Assembly (NCBI GenBank): GCA_964016885.1 | Contig: OZ024742.1 | Span: forward strand, 349,928,001-349,992,000 | Direction: 5' to 3' | Length of the DNA stretch: 64,000 nucleotides | DNA from: Eledone cirrhosa | Lineage: Eukaryota | Shown here: positions 51,601 to 64,000 of the stretch, in pieces | Layout: every line of letters begins with the position of its first letter | Position numbering within the stretch: position 1 is the first letter of the stretch | Position numbers and translations under genes: made by a program | The notes under the pieces: generated by a model | What the model saw: only the letters and a program-made list of their open reading frames with translations | Told to the model about the DNA's origin: nothing | Database searches by the model: none

Positions 51601-52116
51601 CAGAAGTCCCTGGCCTGGCAGTGCTACCGAGGGGCTCTACCCGTTCGAGAAAAGCTCTACAGACACGGGCGCCCGGGTAGGGACCCCGCCAAAAAGATCT
51701 GTCCCAGATGCGTGTGCGACGAGGAAACCGTTGCACACGCATTGGTACACTGCTCGGGCGTAGCTGATCTGTGGGGCTATGTCGAACAACTGCTGTCAAG
51801 GGTGGATCCGATCCGGTTGACCACCGAGTCTATTGTAATGATCAAGCCGCCTCCCCCCTTCAAAGATGAAGCAGAGGCGGTGTTTCTGTGCGTAATAGCC
51901 ATGGCGAAAGAGGTTGTATGGTGGACGCGCCTGAAAGGACTGAGGTCAGGCACCTTTCTCTCTGGCCAACAACTGGTCCGTTTCTTCCGATATCATTTCG
52001 GAAGAAGGATCAGGATGGAGAGAGAGGTGCTGCACCCCAGTCGTTTTTATGAAAGGTGGGTGAAAGTGGCGAGAATGGCCCGTGTGAATGGGCCTTCTCT
52101 TTACATAAGCCTGTAG
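48679..52116 (+). CDS. LINE ORF2 polyprotein: AP endonuclease, reverse transcriptase and C-terminal CCHC (1145 aa), uninterrupted
   Basis: APE motifs (LNARGL, GDWN, SYLDRF, SDH); RT motifs (KSPGLDG, LDQCKAFDRVDH, RQGCPLS, YADD); CPRC..ETVAHALVHC. The ATG aligns with the ORF2 start of copy B. Confidence 0.95.
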   Translation: MAVLRVGCLNARGLGSSWKQAMLLNDLRSQSINVMVICEARISSMRQLAPTFDDFEMHASLCQPGGGGGVVVLLQKHMGLATQIVHLDPGGRLVVLDLGSGEGRAFRLIAAYAPFGTERPDFFQRLESFLGTSRSLLLVGDWNGILDARWDYAGACPDREGCNSLKGLLGRFDLADRFRLDFPTVPTWSWSNRSGSSRSYLDRFLVRNKDRDFLSCPEMLMVGYSDHKLVTCMVNLDRTHRQGPGYWKLNLSLPASRAYRNRISTLVKERLTGAIVNSRWWVSLKREIRVVSIEFSKVLAADRNRKERELIDRVEEAIRSGDVARVLASRTALSQFFDAKHEGCVVRSKIRALGNEGAKAVSWARVTEANSGTKSTIRSLRDLDGRAILEPKQMCEAFQRHFARLFGRGGEPVGNVDFGPYLDGLPRLSDREAKSCEEPISVAEIEDVLSQCGKRKSPGLDGLPYELYLAMPDLFPDLLEAVYCNRQQNGRIPCTVTKGVVTLVRKDENKGDEISNFRLITLLNTELQILAKVLAKRLALVVGNLVGDAQTCAIPSRSIHDNLHLMRYIIERVGNEPGFGGALINLDQCKAFDRVDHGYLDAVLAAAGFGPVFRGWITAMHSDRICSRVKVNGYLSEPFKIARSIRQGCPLSSLLYVLTFEPLLRKLELLQGIPLEPGLRKAVSAYADDVTVMVSTASEIEAVGTLLEEYERFTGAKLNRDKSIGLQLGTWRGRPMPSDGVVGRWTEGPVKLLGVWFGPDLQVEKNWAEVTNRVFALTQKWASCKLSLKGRAEVANTSIASVIYYRLTVVPCPRETLTKMERALFQFLWKRRAPMVRRSICCQHPSKGGLGLPWLMMRKHALRLRHLYVLLTGEPVWASFVRRTFPRLVSLTELQSWVKQRPRKLGAWHTECAQALTALWQADPVISGDSTATFYRGLVRSRCDDALGEALDMEEDELASLFGRTFNPGPMDNFQKSLAWQCYRGALPVREKLYRHGRPGRDPAKKICPRCVCDEETVAHALVHCSGVADLWGYVEQLLSRVDPIRLTTESIVMIKPPPPFKDEAEAVFLCVIAMAKEVVWWTRLKGLRSGTFLSGQQLVRFFRYHFGRRIRMEREVLHPSRFYERWVKVARMARVNGPSLYISL

Positions 52117-52370
52117 GTGGAAAAGAGGAAGGAACGAGGGAGCACCCCCTCTCTGTGCTCTTGAGGAAAAGGGTTGCACACTTTTTTCGGGGGTGTGTGC
52201 GACCCCCCAAGGCGCCTCTTTATTGAGGATTTTGTTATAAATTTTATTTTTTGTTATATATTATTTTTATATATTGTTATTGCCTCCTCCTTATTGAGGA
52301 CGCCTTTTTCTGTAAACTCCCCCCTTGTACTTGTCCCACTTTTGATGCCCTGGTGGCAAATAAAAGAAAC

Positions 52371-52371
52371 A

Positions 52372-52462
<91 letters not shown>

Positions 52463-52476
52463 TCTGTCTATCTATC
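52371..52476. repeat. (TATC)n microsatellite between the two LINEs
   Basis: Read directly. Confidence 0.97.
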
Positions 52477-52681
52477 CTGGGATGGACACACGCGTGAAAT
52501 TTGCTGGGTAAGTTCTGCCTAAAGTTCTATAGAAATTCCTGTGAACATTCATTTTTATATCAACTTGTAGAGGGACTGCCAGGTCAAATTTTGATCTGGT
52601 CAGCCTCTCAAAATATTCTACGCCTTTAGGCGAAATGGTACATAAAAAGTTTTGTTTTGGAAAAGCTATCACTTAAAAAAA

Positions 52682-52959
52682 TTGACTGAAGCTTCTTCAC
52701 CAACATTCGAAGGAGGAAAAGGGAAGATATGCTTACAGCTTCCCCCTGCCACTGTCATACTAGCAGATGTCAAAGACAAAGATCAGCCAGAGGAAGGATT
52801 TTCTCGTCCTGCTGACCGACAACTTGACGTTGCCATGGCAACAAACCAAAACAACACAACCAGCGGCACCAGCAACAACAATAACAACAATGCTATAAAC
52901 GAAAACACAACTTCACAAATAAATTCCGCAACCACAGATCAATCAATTGAGAACTACAA

Positions 52960-52992
<33 letters not shown>

Positions 52993-54577
52993 CGACAACA
53001 ATGACAACAGCAACAATGATGACAAAAACACCAACAGCAGCAACAATAATGACAACAACACCAACTAGAACAACTCCACAAACAAGGAAAATAAGGTCTC
53101 GTTTGCACAAACTGTCCAAAATACAGAACTATATACACAGATTGACATCTCTAATGCCGGAGAATTGCTAAGAGATGCCAAGCAATATATAACTTTTGGT
53201 GAGAATGGCGCTTTTAGCATCACTTCTCCCCAAGAATTGCGTAGAGACACTGTCCTGAAAACCATAGTTTTTAGGACAATCTCAAATACCACCAGAAAAC
53301 CAGCTCAATTAACTCAAAACGAAAATGAGCTGATTCTAAGAAACTCCATGAAGCACATTGCCTTCATACAGAAGGGAAAACTCTTCGGGAGTTTATCAAT
53401 AATAATGAAAGACCAATTTACGACACAGAAATATTCTGTGTCGCCAATTGTGTCCACCCTCTACACCTTTTCCCCCACATACATGGGAAAAAGGACCCAA
53501 AAAATAAAAATAACAAACATCACACCAAATGTAAACATCTGGTGGATAATAGCTGGTTTCATCAATTTTGATGAAGATACAGTAATTTCGGTAGGAAAGT
53601 CCTCCAGGGGCATATTCAACGGTACAAGCTTAGAAGTTCTGGTCCAAATGAGACCAGAACAGATAGCTAGAATACCACAACGTGTGCCTCTGGATGGGAA
53701 TTCCTACATAAACATTTCTGTTGAGAGTAGGCGGCCTTCATGTTACCACTGTTTAAGCAGTGGTCACCTGAGGGCTTCCTGTCCTCAATTAACTGCATTT
53801 AAAAAAAAGGCACTACTGCCGATACCCAACACAACAACACAACCACCACCACAACAACAACATCACACAAAAAGAAACCAAACTGCAAAAACAGTCCCAC
53901 CCAACCCCTCCCCACCTAAAACAACTCCAGAAACACCCACACATAACAGCACCTCAAAATGTACCCTCCCCAACAACACGGATGAAGCCTCATCATCGTC
54001 ACCCAGTGACGATGAGGGAGAGCCTTTTCGACCAGTAAAAAGAAAAAAGAAAAGATATAACACAAACAAAAATGCAACAAACACACAAACACCAATACAA
54101 TTGACGCAGACAGCACAAACAAAAACATCCCCTCCTGAAAACGAAACACCTACTACAAAATGTAAACACACACAAGAACCACAGAAAAAAAGCACCACGA
54201 CACAACAAAAATGTTACACCTACATAAATACTAACAATAAAACTTTAACAGACACCATATATAAAAACCCTTCGGTGGAGACCGAAGGGAAAACTTTTAC
54301 ACACTCTTCGGAGAATCCTAATCTTTAAATGATTAGGATCTCCATGGACACACATAAACAGTTAAAAGAAAAATTTCCTAACGACGTAGGTAACCCCTGC
54401 GTCAAACCCTATAACCGCGTCCTTTTGAAATGTTTCCCCACCCCCACCCCCACCTGACACCTCTCCCCAGCAAACATCTCCGTCCCCACCCCGCCAGAGA
54501 CCACCACCCCACCAAACAACCCCTCCAACACCCCCATAGAAATTGTGCAGCCTGGTCCCCAGGAGACGAAAAAGTGA
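52682..54577 (+). pseudogene. LINE ORF1, copy B (CCHC knuckle), with in-frame stops
   Basis: One frame throughout, with stops at 53066-53068 and 54326-54328; start codon reads TTG where copy A has ATG; ends TGA 54575-54577. Confidence 0.82.
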
Positions 54578-54617
54578 GTTATTTCTTTTCATCTTCTTTT
54601 AACTTTTCAGCACCAAC

Positions 54618-57365
54618 ATGGCCAATATAAGAGTTGGATGTGTGAATGTACGCGGCCTGGGGATGCCCTGGAAACAGGGCAAACTCTTAAACGACCTCAG
54701 GTCGCACAGTATGGATGTAGTAGCCATTTGCGAGTCCAGGATCCACAGCGAGCGACAACTGGCCCCCATCTTCGACGACTTTGAGATCTACGCATCTCTC
54801 TGTCAGCCGGGAGGTGGGGGTGGTGTTGCCGATTTGCTGCAGAAACATCTGGACCTCGTAACACAGACGGTACATCTGGACCCGGAGGGTCGACTGGTGG
54901 TCCTAGGCGTTGACGGTAGTGAAGGTGGACCCTTCAGACTGGTGGCCGCACATGCCCCATCCTGGACACCGCGGCCAGACTTCTTCAAACGTCTAGAGAC
55001 TTTTCTGGGAACGTCCCGTTCCCTGCTGTTAGTGGAGGACTGGAATGGAATCCTAGATGCATGTTGGGACTATGTGGGAGCAAGTCCCGATAGAAGGGGG
55101 TGTAACAACCTCAAACAGTTAATCGGCCGATTTGACCTGGCCGATAGATATCGACTAGATTTTCCGACTGTGCCACTGTGGACGTGGACTAATCCCAGCG
55201 GAACATCTAGATCGTACATAGATAGGGTTCTAGTTAGAAAGAAGGATAGGGAAATGTTAAGCTGTCCACAAATGTTCATGGTTGCCTATTCAGATCACAA
55301 ATTAGTGACCTGCTTAGTCAACCTTGACAAAACCCATAGACAGGGACCCGGCTACTGGAAGCTGAACTTGTCGTTACCGATATGCAAAGCCTACAGTAGA
55401 CGGATTAGCACTTTAGTTAAGCAGCACTTAACAGGGGCCATTGTCAACAACAGATGGTGGTACTCTCTCAAAAGGGCAGTTAGATTAGACTCGATAGGTT
55501 TTAGTAACGAATTAGTGTTAGATAGAAATAAGACCGAAAAGGAACTGATAGATAAAGTAGAAGAGGCACTTAGGAGTGGAAACGTAGCCAGCGTGCTAGC
55601 GGCACTTTGCTCAACTGTTCGGGCAGGGCGGCGCGCCGGGAGGGCTATGGATTTCGATTCATACCTTGACAGCCTGCCGCGACTCTCGGACAGCGAGGCG
55701 AAGTTCTGCGAAAGGCCGATTTCGGCCGCTGAGATAGGGGACGCGCTGAGTCAATGCGGCAAACGCAAAACTCCAGGTCTCAACGGTCTACCCTACGAAT
55801 TTTACGTAGCAATGCCGGACTTGTTCTCCGGTCTCCTGGAAGCGGTCTACTGCAACTGGTAGCAGAACGGGAAATTCCCAGTTCTGTGACCAAAGGCGTA
55901 ATCACGTTAGTCAGGAAGGACGAGAACAAGGGGGATGATAGGCAACTTCCGGCCCATAACTCTGTTCAACACAGAGTTACAGATTTTGGCCAAGGCGTTG
56001 GCAAAGAGGCTGGCGCTTGTCGTCGAGAACCTGGTGGGAGAAGCGCAGACATGCACAATACCGACCAGGTACATACACGACAACCTCCACCTCATGCGAT
56101 ACATCATAGAGAGGGTAGGGTGTAAACCCGGCTTCGCTGGGGCCCTGATCAACTTGGATCAGTCTAAGGCTTTCGATAGGGTTGACCATCGTTACCTGGA
56201 TGCGGTGCTCGAGGCGGCAGGCTTCGCTCCTGTGTTCAGGGGCTGGATTGCTGCAATGCACAACAGCAACATCTGCTCAAGGGTCAAGGTGAACGGCTAT
56301 CTCTCGGAGCCGTTCCATATCACGCGATCTACCGACAGGGATGCCCTTTCTCCTCCCTTCTGTACGGACTGACTCTCGAGCCACTACTGCGGAAGTTGAT
56401 CTATTGCAGGGCATCCCTTTGGAACCGGGACTGTGAAAAGCGGCGTCGGCCTACGCCGACGACGTGACAGTAATGGTGTCGAGCACCTCGCAAATCGTGG
56501 AGTTCGGCACCTTACTGGAGGAATACGAAATGTTCACAGGAGCGAAGCTGAACCGGGACAAATCCGTCGGTTTGCAACTCGGAACGTGGAGAGGCAAACC
56601 GATGCCTTCCGATGACGTCGTCGGAAGCTGGACGGAAGGACCGGTAAAGCTGCTCGGGGTCTGGTTTGGTCCTGACCTCCAGGTGGAAAAGAACTGGAAC
56701 GAGGTGACGGCCAAGGTGTTTGCGCTCACCCAGAAGTGGGTCGAGTGCAAACTATGCTTGAAAGGTCGAGCGGAGGTGGCGAACACTTTTATAGCGTCCG
56801 TCATCTACTACCGCTTGACTGTTGTGCCTTGTCCAGCCACAACGCTCACCAAAATGGAGCGCGCGCTCTTCCAATTCCTTTGGAAGAAACGGGCTCTTTT
56901 GGTGAGAAGATCCATTTACTGCCAACACCCTTCAAACGGAGGGCTGGAGGTTCCGTGGCTGACGATGCGCAAACACGCGCTCAGGCTGCGGCACCTCCAC
57001 TTATTTGTACACTGCCCCGGGTGTTACCGACCTGTGGGGCTATGTAGAACGACTATTGTCACGGGTGGGACCAATCCAGTTGACCACCGAATCCATTGTC
57101 ATGATCAAACCGCCACCCTCCTTCAAAAACGAGGGAGAGGTGGTTTTCCTATGTGTTATGGCTATGGTGAAAGAGGTTATATGGTGGACGAGGTTAAAAG
57201 GGCTTTTTTCCCCGGCGAGCAACTGATTCATTTTTTCAAATACATTTTGGAAGAAGAATGAGGATGGAGAGAGAGGTGCTGTAACCCAGCACATTTTATA
57301 AAAGGTGGGTGAATGTGGCAAAGATGGCCCGAGTGGTTGGGCCTTCTCTCTATATAAGCCTGTAG
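54618..57365 (+). pseudogene. LINE ORF2, copy B, with stops, frameshifts and two internal deletions
   Basis: Fragments 54618-55862, 55935-56372, 56464-57000 and 57005-57226 align to copy A; deletions near 55601 and 57003. Confidence 0.92.
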
Positions 57366-57643
57366 GTTGAAGAAAAAGAGGAAGAGAGGAAGGGAGTACT
57401 CACTCTTGGTGCTCCTGGAGTTGAGGGTTGACATTTTTTCGGGGTGTGTACAACCCGTGTGTAACACCTCCCCCCTATTGGGGATTTCAAATGTTATTTG
57501 TTATTGTATTAATAGTTTTATTTTCATATACCTGTATGTAAACTCCCCATTTGTATTTGTCCCCTTCTTTTGTGCCCTTGTGGCTAATTTATCTATCTAT
57601 CTATCAACCCCCTCTCTCTCTCCCTTTCTATACACACAGACAC

Positions 57644-57740
<97 letters not shown>

Positions 57741-58727
57741 ACACACACACACCGACACATACACACACAAACATGTATATATATATATATTTTTTTTTTT
57801 TTTAAATATAAAAATGGCTTTTACAGGACTAGAACTGTTTAAATCGAAGAAAATCACAAGGAAAGCCAACTGTCAATGAGATATGGTGGTATTTATATAT
57901 TTTCTGTTGGTAGGGGACGGGGTGATTGGGATGGGTGGAGGTCATTTGGTTGATGGGTTTAAAGAAAGAGGATTCTTTGAAAAAAAACTATATTTAGAGA
58001 AAGATACAGAATGATACAAAAGCAGGCACTCCTAATTTTCAAGGTCCATTTATTCTAAACAAAGGGTTTTCATTAACGACTCTATGACTGTGAGCATGAG
58101 CTCCTGGACATAGAAATATATGAAATATATGCAGGAAATGATAAAACACAAACTCACACAGGTAGACATATAAACACACACATGTTTACAAGTATTTATG
58201 TGTGTGTCAGCGTGTGGGTGTTCTCAGATATACACACACATGTTTATAAGTATTTATGCGTGTGTTTGTGAGTGCCAGCGTGTGGGTGTTCTCACACAGG
58301 TACACGCACTAAACCGCGTTTGTTTGGCTGCTGTTTATATGTGTAACTGGCGAATCTCGCGAGGGCGCTTGGTTGTTCCAGCGCATTAGCCTTGTCATCA
58401 CCCGAGCAACTCTGCGAGTGTGCTGGCTTGCCTAAAAAAAATCATTAGAGAGGTTGCTCAGTACTACTCGTTGCTGTCTTTTGCTCTGGTGTTGGCTCCG
58501 TTGTTCACCCCTTCCTTTACATCTTCTTTAATGTTGTAACATTAAAGGAATATATCTTTCTGAATGAATGTGTAAGACATCACGTGAAGTTATATGTACG
58601 TTGTGCCATTATATCTTCATGCATTCATTTGTTCGCGTGTATATAAGTACATATATGAGGATGTGTGTGAGTGTGTTTATGAATGTATGGATAGATAGAT
58701 GTATATGTTTGAAAGCACGTATGTATG

Positions 58728-58789
<62 letters not shown>

Positions 58790-58942
58790 TATCTATGCAT
58801 ATATATAGATTTATACGAATGTGTATACGTGCACATATATTATATACGTGCACATATATTACCCTCTCTCTCTATATGTATCTATATATATATATTTAAT
58901 GATATTAAATAAATGGAAACTACATTTATAAAACCATATTTA

Positions 58943-58999
58943 TTCTATTATATATATTTCAAGGATACCAAAACTTTGGTACGCTCTCATCAGATAAAA
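58943..58999 (-). ncRNA. Type I minimal hammerhead ribozyme motif in a PLE-end fragment
   Basis: Minus strand: TTTTAT-CTGATGA-GAGCGTACCAAA gt TTTGGTATCCTT-GAAA-T atat A-TA-ATAGAA. A related copy lacking GAAA lies at ~42920-42958. Confidence 0.7.
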
Positions 59000-59053
59000 G
59001 TTTGTTTTAAAAATATTGACATAACCAGGAAGAAGATCTTAACGGTTCATGTT

Positions 59054-59187
<134 letters not shown>

Positions 59188-59194
59188 ACACACG

Positions 59195-59225
<31 letters not shown>

Positions 59226-59280
59226 GCGTACACGTATATGCGCACATTTGTTTACATATGTGTATATGTATATTCTATTG

Positions 59281-62200
59281 TTTGTGTGTGAGTGGTCAGT
59301 GACATGGCACTGTCGGTTGTGCGTGAGTGGTCAGTGACATGGTACTGTCGTATGTGTGTGAGTGGTCAGTGACATGGTACTGTCGTTTGTGTGTAAGTGG
59401 TCAGTGACATGGTACTGTCGTTTGTGTGTGAGTGGTCAGTGACATGGCACTGTCGTTTGTGTGTGAGTGGTCAGTGACATGGCACTGTCGTTTGTGTGTA
59501 AGTGGTCAGTGACATGGCACTGTCGTTTGTGTGTGAGTGGTCAGTGACATGGCACTGTCGTATGTGTGTAAGTGGTCAGTGACATGGTACTGTCGTTTGT
59601 GTGTGAGTGGTCAGTGACATGGCACTGTCGTATGTGTGTAAGTGGTCAGTGACATGGTACTGTCGTTTGTGTGTGAGTGGTCAGTGACATGGTACTGTCG
59701 TATGTGTGTAAGTGGTCAGTGACATGGTACTGTCGTTTGTGTGTGAGTGGTCAGTGACATGGCACTGTCGTATGTGTGTAAGTGGTCAGTGACATGGTAC
59801 TGTCGTTTGTGTGTGAGTGGTCAGTGACATGGTACTGTCGTATGTGTGTAAGTGGTCAGTGACATGGCACTGTCGTTTGTGTGTGAGTGGTCAGTGACAT
59901 GGCACTGTCGTATGTGTGTAAGTGGTCAGTGACATGGCACTGTCGTTTGTGTGTGAGTGGTCAGTGACATGGCACTGTCGTTTGTGTGTGAGTGGTCAGT
60001 GACATGGCACTGTCGTATGTGTGTGAGTGGTCAGTGACATGGTACTGTCGTTTGTGTGTGAGTGGTCAGTGACATGGTACTGTCGTTTGTGTGTGAGTGG
60101 TCAGTGACATGGTACTGTCGTATGTGTGTGAGTGGTCAGTGACATGGCACTGTCGTTTGTGTGTGAGTGGTCAGTGACATGGTACTGTCGTATGTGTGTG
60201 AGTGGTCAGTGACATGGCACTGTCGTTTGTGTGTGAGTGGTCAGTGACATGGCACTGTCGTATGTGTGTGAGTGGTCAGTGACATGGCACTGTCGTATGT
60301 GTGTGAGTGGTCAGTGACATGGCACTGTCGTTTGTGTGTAAGTGGTCAGTGACATGGTACTGTCGTTTGTGTGTGAGTGGTCAGTGACATGGTACTGTCG
60401 TATGTGTGTGAGTGGTCAGTGACATGGCACTGTCGTATGTGTGTGAGTGGTCAGTGACATGGCACTGTCGTATGTGTGTGAGTGGTCAGTGACATGGCAC
60501 TGTCGTTTGTGTGTGAGTGGTCAGTGACATGGTACTGTCGTTTGTGTGTGAGTGGTCAGTGACATGGCACTGTCGTTTGTGTGTGAGTGGTCAGTGACAT
60601 GGTACTATCGTTTGTGTGTGAGTGGTCAGTGACATGGCACTGTCGTTTGTGTGTGAGTGGTCAGTGACATGGTACTGTCGTTTGTGTGTGAGTGGTCAGT
60701 GACATGGTACTGTCGTTTGTGTGTGAGTGGTCAGTGACATGGCACTGTCGTATGTGTGTGAGTGGTCAGTGACATGGCACTGTCGTTTGTGTGTGAGTGG
60801 TCAGTGACATGGCACTGTCGTTTGTGTGTGAGTGGTCAGTGACATGGTACTGTCGTTTGTGTGTGAGTGGTCAGTGACATGGCACTGTCGTTTGTGTGTG
60901 AGTGGTCAGTGACATGGTACTGTCGTATGTGTGTAAGTGGTCAGTGACATGGCACTGTCGGTTGTGCGTGAGTGGTCAGTGACATGGTACTGTCGTTTGT
61001 GTGTGAGTGGTCAGTGACATGGTACTGTCGTATGTGTGTAAGTGGTCAGTGACATGGTACTGTCGTTTGTGTGTGAGTGGTCAGTGACATGGTACTGTCG
61101 TTTGTGTGTGAGTGGTCAGTGACAGGGTACTGTCGTATGTGTGTGAGTGGTCAGTGACATGGCACTGTCGTATGTGTGTGAGTGGTCAGTGACATGGCAC
61201 TGTCGTATGTGTGTAAGTGGTCAGTGACATGGCACTGTCGTATGTGTGTGAGTGGTCAGTGACATGGTACTGTCGTTTGTGTGTAAGTGGTCAGTGACAT
61301 GGCACTGTCGTTTGTGTGTGAGTGGTCAGTGACATGGCACTGTCGTATGTGTGTAAGTGGTCAGTGACATGGCACTGTCGTTTGTGTGTGAGTGGTCAGT
61401 GACATGGCACTGTCGTATGTGTGTGAGTGGTCAGTGACATGGCACTGTCGTATGTGTGTGAGTGGTCAGTGACATTGTACTGTCGTTTGTGTGTAAGTGG
61501 TCAGTGACATGGCACTGTCGTTTGTGTGTGAGTGGTCAGTGACATGGCACTGTCGTATGTGTGTAAGTGGTCAGTGACATGGCACTGTCGTTTGTGTGTG
61601 AGTGGTCAGTGACATGGCACTGTCGTTTGTGTGTGAGTGGTCAGTGAGATGGTACTGTCGTTTGTGTGTGAGTGGTCAGTGACATGGCACTGTCGTATGT
61701 GTGTAAGTGGTCAGTGACATGGCACTGTCGTTTGTGTGTGAGTGGTCAGTGACATGGCACTGTCGTATGTGTGTGAGTGGTCAGTGACATGGCACTGTCG
61801 TATGTGTGTGAGTGGTCAGTGACATGGTACTGTCGTTTGTGTGTAAGTGGTCAGTGACATGGCACTGTCGTTTGTGTGTGAGTGGTCAGTGAGATGGTAC
61901 TGTCGTTTGTGTGTGAGTGGTCAGTGACATGGCACTGTCGTATGTGTGTAAGTGGTCAGTGACATGGCACTGTCGTTTGTGTGTGAGTGGTCAGTGACAT
62001 GGCACTGTCGTATGTGTGTGAGTGGTCAGTGACATGGCACTGTCGTATGTGTGTGAGTGGTCAGTGACATGGTACTGTCGTTTGTGTGTAAGTGGTCAGT
62101 GACATGGCACTGTCGTTTGTGTGTGAGTGGTCAGTGACATGGCACTGTCGTATGTGTGTAAGTGGTCAGTGACATGGCACTGTCGGTTGTGCGTGAGTGG

Positions 62201-64000
62201 TCAGTGACATGGTACTGTCGTATGTGTGTGAGTGGTCAGTGACATGGTACTGTCGTTTGTGTGTAAGTGGTCAGTGACATGGTACTGTCGTTTGTGTGTG
62301 AGTGGTCAGTGACATGGCACTGTCGTTTGTGTGTGAGTGGTCAGTGACATGGCACTGTCGTTTGTGTGTAAGTGGTCAGTGACATGGCACTGTCGTTTGT
62401 GTGTGAGTGGTCAGTGACATGGCACTGTCGTATGTGTGTAAGTGGTCAGTGACATGGTACTGTCGTTTGTGTGTGAGTGGTCAGTGACATGGCACTGTCG
62501 TATGTGTGTAAGTGGTCAGTGACATGGTACTGTCGTTTGTGTGTGAGTGGTCAGTGACATGGTACTGTCGTATGTGTGTAAGTGGTCAGTGACATGGTAC
62601 TGTCGTTTGTGTGTGAGTGGTCAGTGACATGGTACTGTCGTATGTGTGTGAGTGGTCAGTGACATGGCACTGTCGTTTGTGTGTGAGTGGTCAGTGACAT
62701 GGCACTGTCGTATGTGTGTGAGTGGTCAGTGACATGGCACTGTCGTATGTGTGTGAGTGGTCAGTGACATGGCACTGTCGTATGTGTGTGAGTGGTCAGT
62801 GACATGGCACTGTCGTTTGTGTGTGAGTGGTCAGTGACATGGTACTGTCGTTTGTGTGTGAGTGGTCAGTGACATGGTACTGTCGTATGTGTGTGAGTGG
62901 TCAGTGACATGGCACTGTCGTATGTGTGTGAGTGGTCAGTGACATGGCACTGTCGTATGTGTGTGAGTGGTCAGTGACATGGCACTGTCGTTTGTGTGTG
63001 AGTGGTCAGTGACATGGTACTGTCGTTTGTGTGTGAGTGGTCAGTGACATGGTACTGTCGTTTGTGTGTGAGTGGTCAGTGACATGGCACTGTCGTTTGT
63101 GTGTGAGTGGTCAGTGACATGGTACTGTCGTATGTGTGTAAGTGGTCAGTGACATGGCACTGTCGGTTGTGCGTGAGTGGTCAGTGACATGGTACTGTCG
63201 TATGTGTGTGAGTGGTCAGTGACATGGCACTGTCGTTTGTGTGTGAGTGGTCAGTGACATGGCACTGTCGTTTGTGTGTGAGTGGTCAGTGACATGGCAC
63301 TGTCGTTTGTGTGTGAGTGGTCAGTGACATGGTACTGTCGTTTGTGTGTGAGTGGTCAGTGACATGGCACTGTCGTATGTGTGTGAGTGGTCAGTGACAT
63401 GGCACTGTCGTTTGTGTGTGAGTGGTCAGTGACATGGCACTGTCGTTTGTGTGTGAGTGGTCAGTGACATGGTACTGTCGTTTGTGTGTGAGTGGTCAGT
63501 GACATGGCACTGTCGTTTGTGTGTGAGTGGTCAGTGACATGGTACTGTCGTATGTGTGTAAGTGGTCAGTGACATGGCACTGTCGGTTGTGCGTGAGTGG
63601 TCAGTGACATGGTACTGTCGTTTGTGTGTGAGTGGTCAGTGACATGGTACTGTCGTATGTGTGTAAGTGGTCAGTGACATGGTACTGTCGTTTGTGTGTG
63701 AGTGGTCAGTGACATGGTACTGTCGTTTGTGTGTGAGTGGTCAGTGACAGGGTACTGTCGTATGTGTGTGAGTGGTCAGTGACATGGCACTGTCGTATGT
63801 GTGTGAGTGGTCAGTGACATGGCACTGTCGTATGTGTGTAAGTGGTCAGTGACATGGCACTGTCGTATGTGTGTGAGTGGTCAGTGACATGGTACTGTCG
63901 TATGTGTGTAAGTGGTCAGTGACATGGCACTGTCGTTTGTGTGTGAGTGGTCAGTGACATGGCACTGTCGTATGTGTGTGAGTGGTCAGTGACATGGCAC
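59281..64000. repeat. 35-bp satellite (GTGTGAGTGGTCAGTGACATGGCACTGTCGTTTGT), about 135 units, open at window end
   Basis: Strict 35-nt periodicity with three recurrent variant sites. Confidence 0.98.

Larger units (their letters stand above)
46585..52370 (+). mobile_element. Full-length Tx1/L1-clade non-LTR retrotransposon, copy A
   Basis: 5' UTR, ORF1 with CCHC knuckle, ORF2 APE-RT, 3' UTR with AATAAA (52359-52364). Flanked on both sides by (TATC)n. Homologous over its length to 52481-57589. Confidence 0.93.
52481..57589 (+). mobile_element. Tx1/L1-clade LINE, copy B (diverged subfamily, decayed)
   Basis: Same 5' end (GATGGACAC), same ORF1/ORF2 layout and 3' UTR as copy A; followed by TATCTATCTATC. 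Confidence 0.92.

Noticed and set aside
59281-64000. 35-bp repeat as a CRISPR array or a RAG recombination signal (CACTGTC)
   Set aside because: Units are contiguous with no unique spacers, there are no cas genes, the context is eukaryotic, and there is no proper heptamer-spacer-nonamer.

Overview
This is a repeat-dominated animal genomic window. The SINE types and microsatellite density suggest a cephalopod such as Octopus, but that is an inference. I could not identify any host gene with confidence. Contents in order: (1) a ~16 kb 45-bp satellite that appears to be the amplified A-box head of a tRNA-derived SINE, interrupted by a 2.7 kb non-autonomous LTR element (tRNA-Trp PBS, 4-bp TSD); (2) a 4.7 kb (CCTAACAA)n telomere-like array; (3) several Penelope-like element (PLE) remnants, some with type I hammerhead ribozyme motifs and inverted ends, including a 579-bp palindrome; (4) a 79-bp x22 tandem array made from CRE-like retrotransposon endonuclease coding sequence; (5) SINE clusters; (6) a 15-16 bp minisatellite with a variant identical to the LTR 5' end; (7) two head-to-tail Tx1/L1-clade LINEs sitting in (TATC)n, one with an open ORF2, both with conserved splice-like signals; (8) a 35-bp satellite running off the right end. 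All alignments were done by eye, so boundaries of degenerate elements are approximate.
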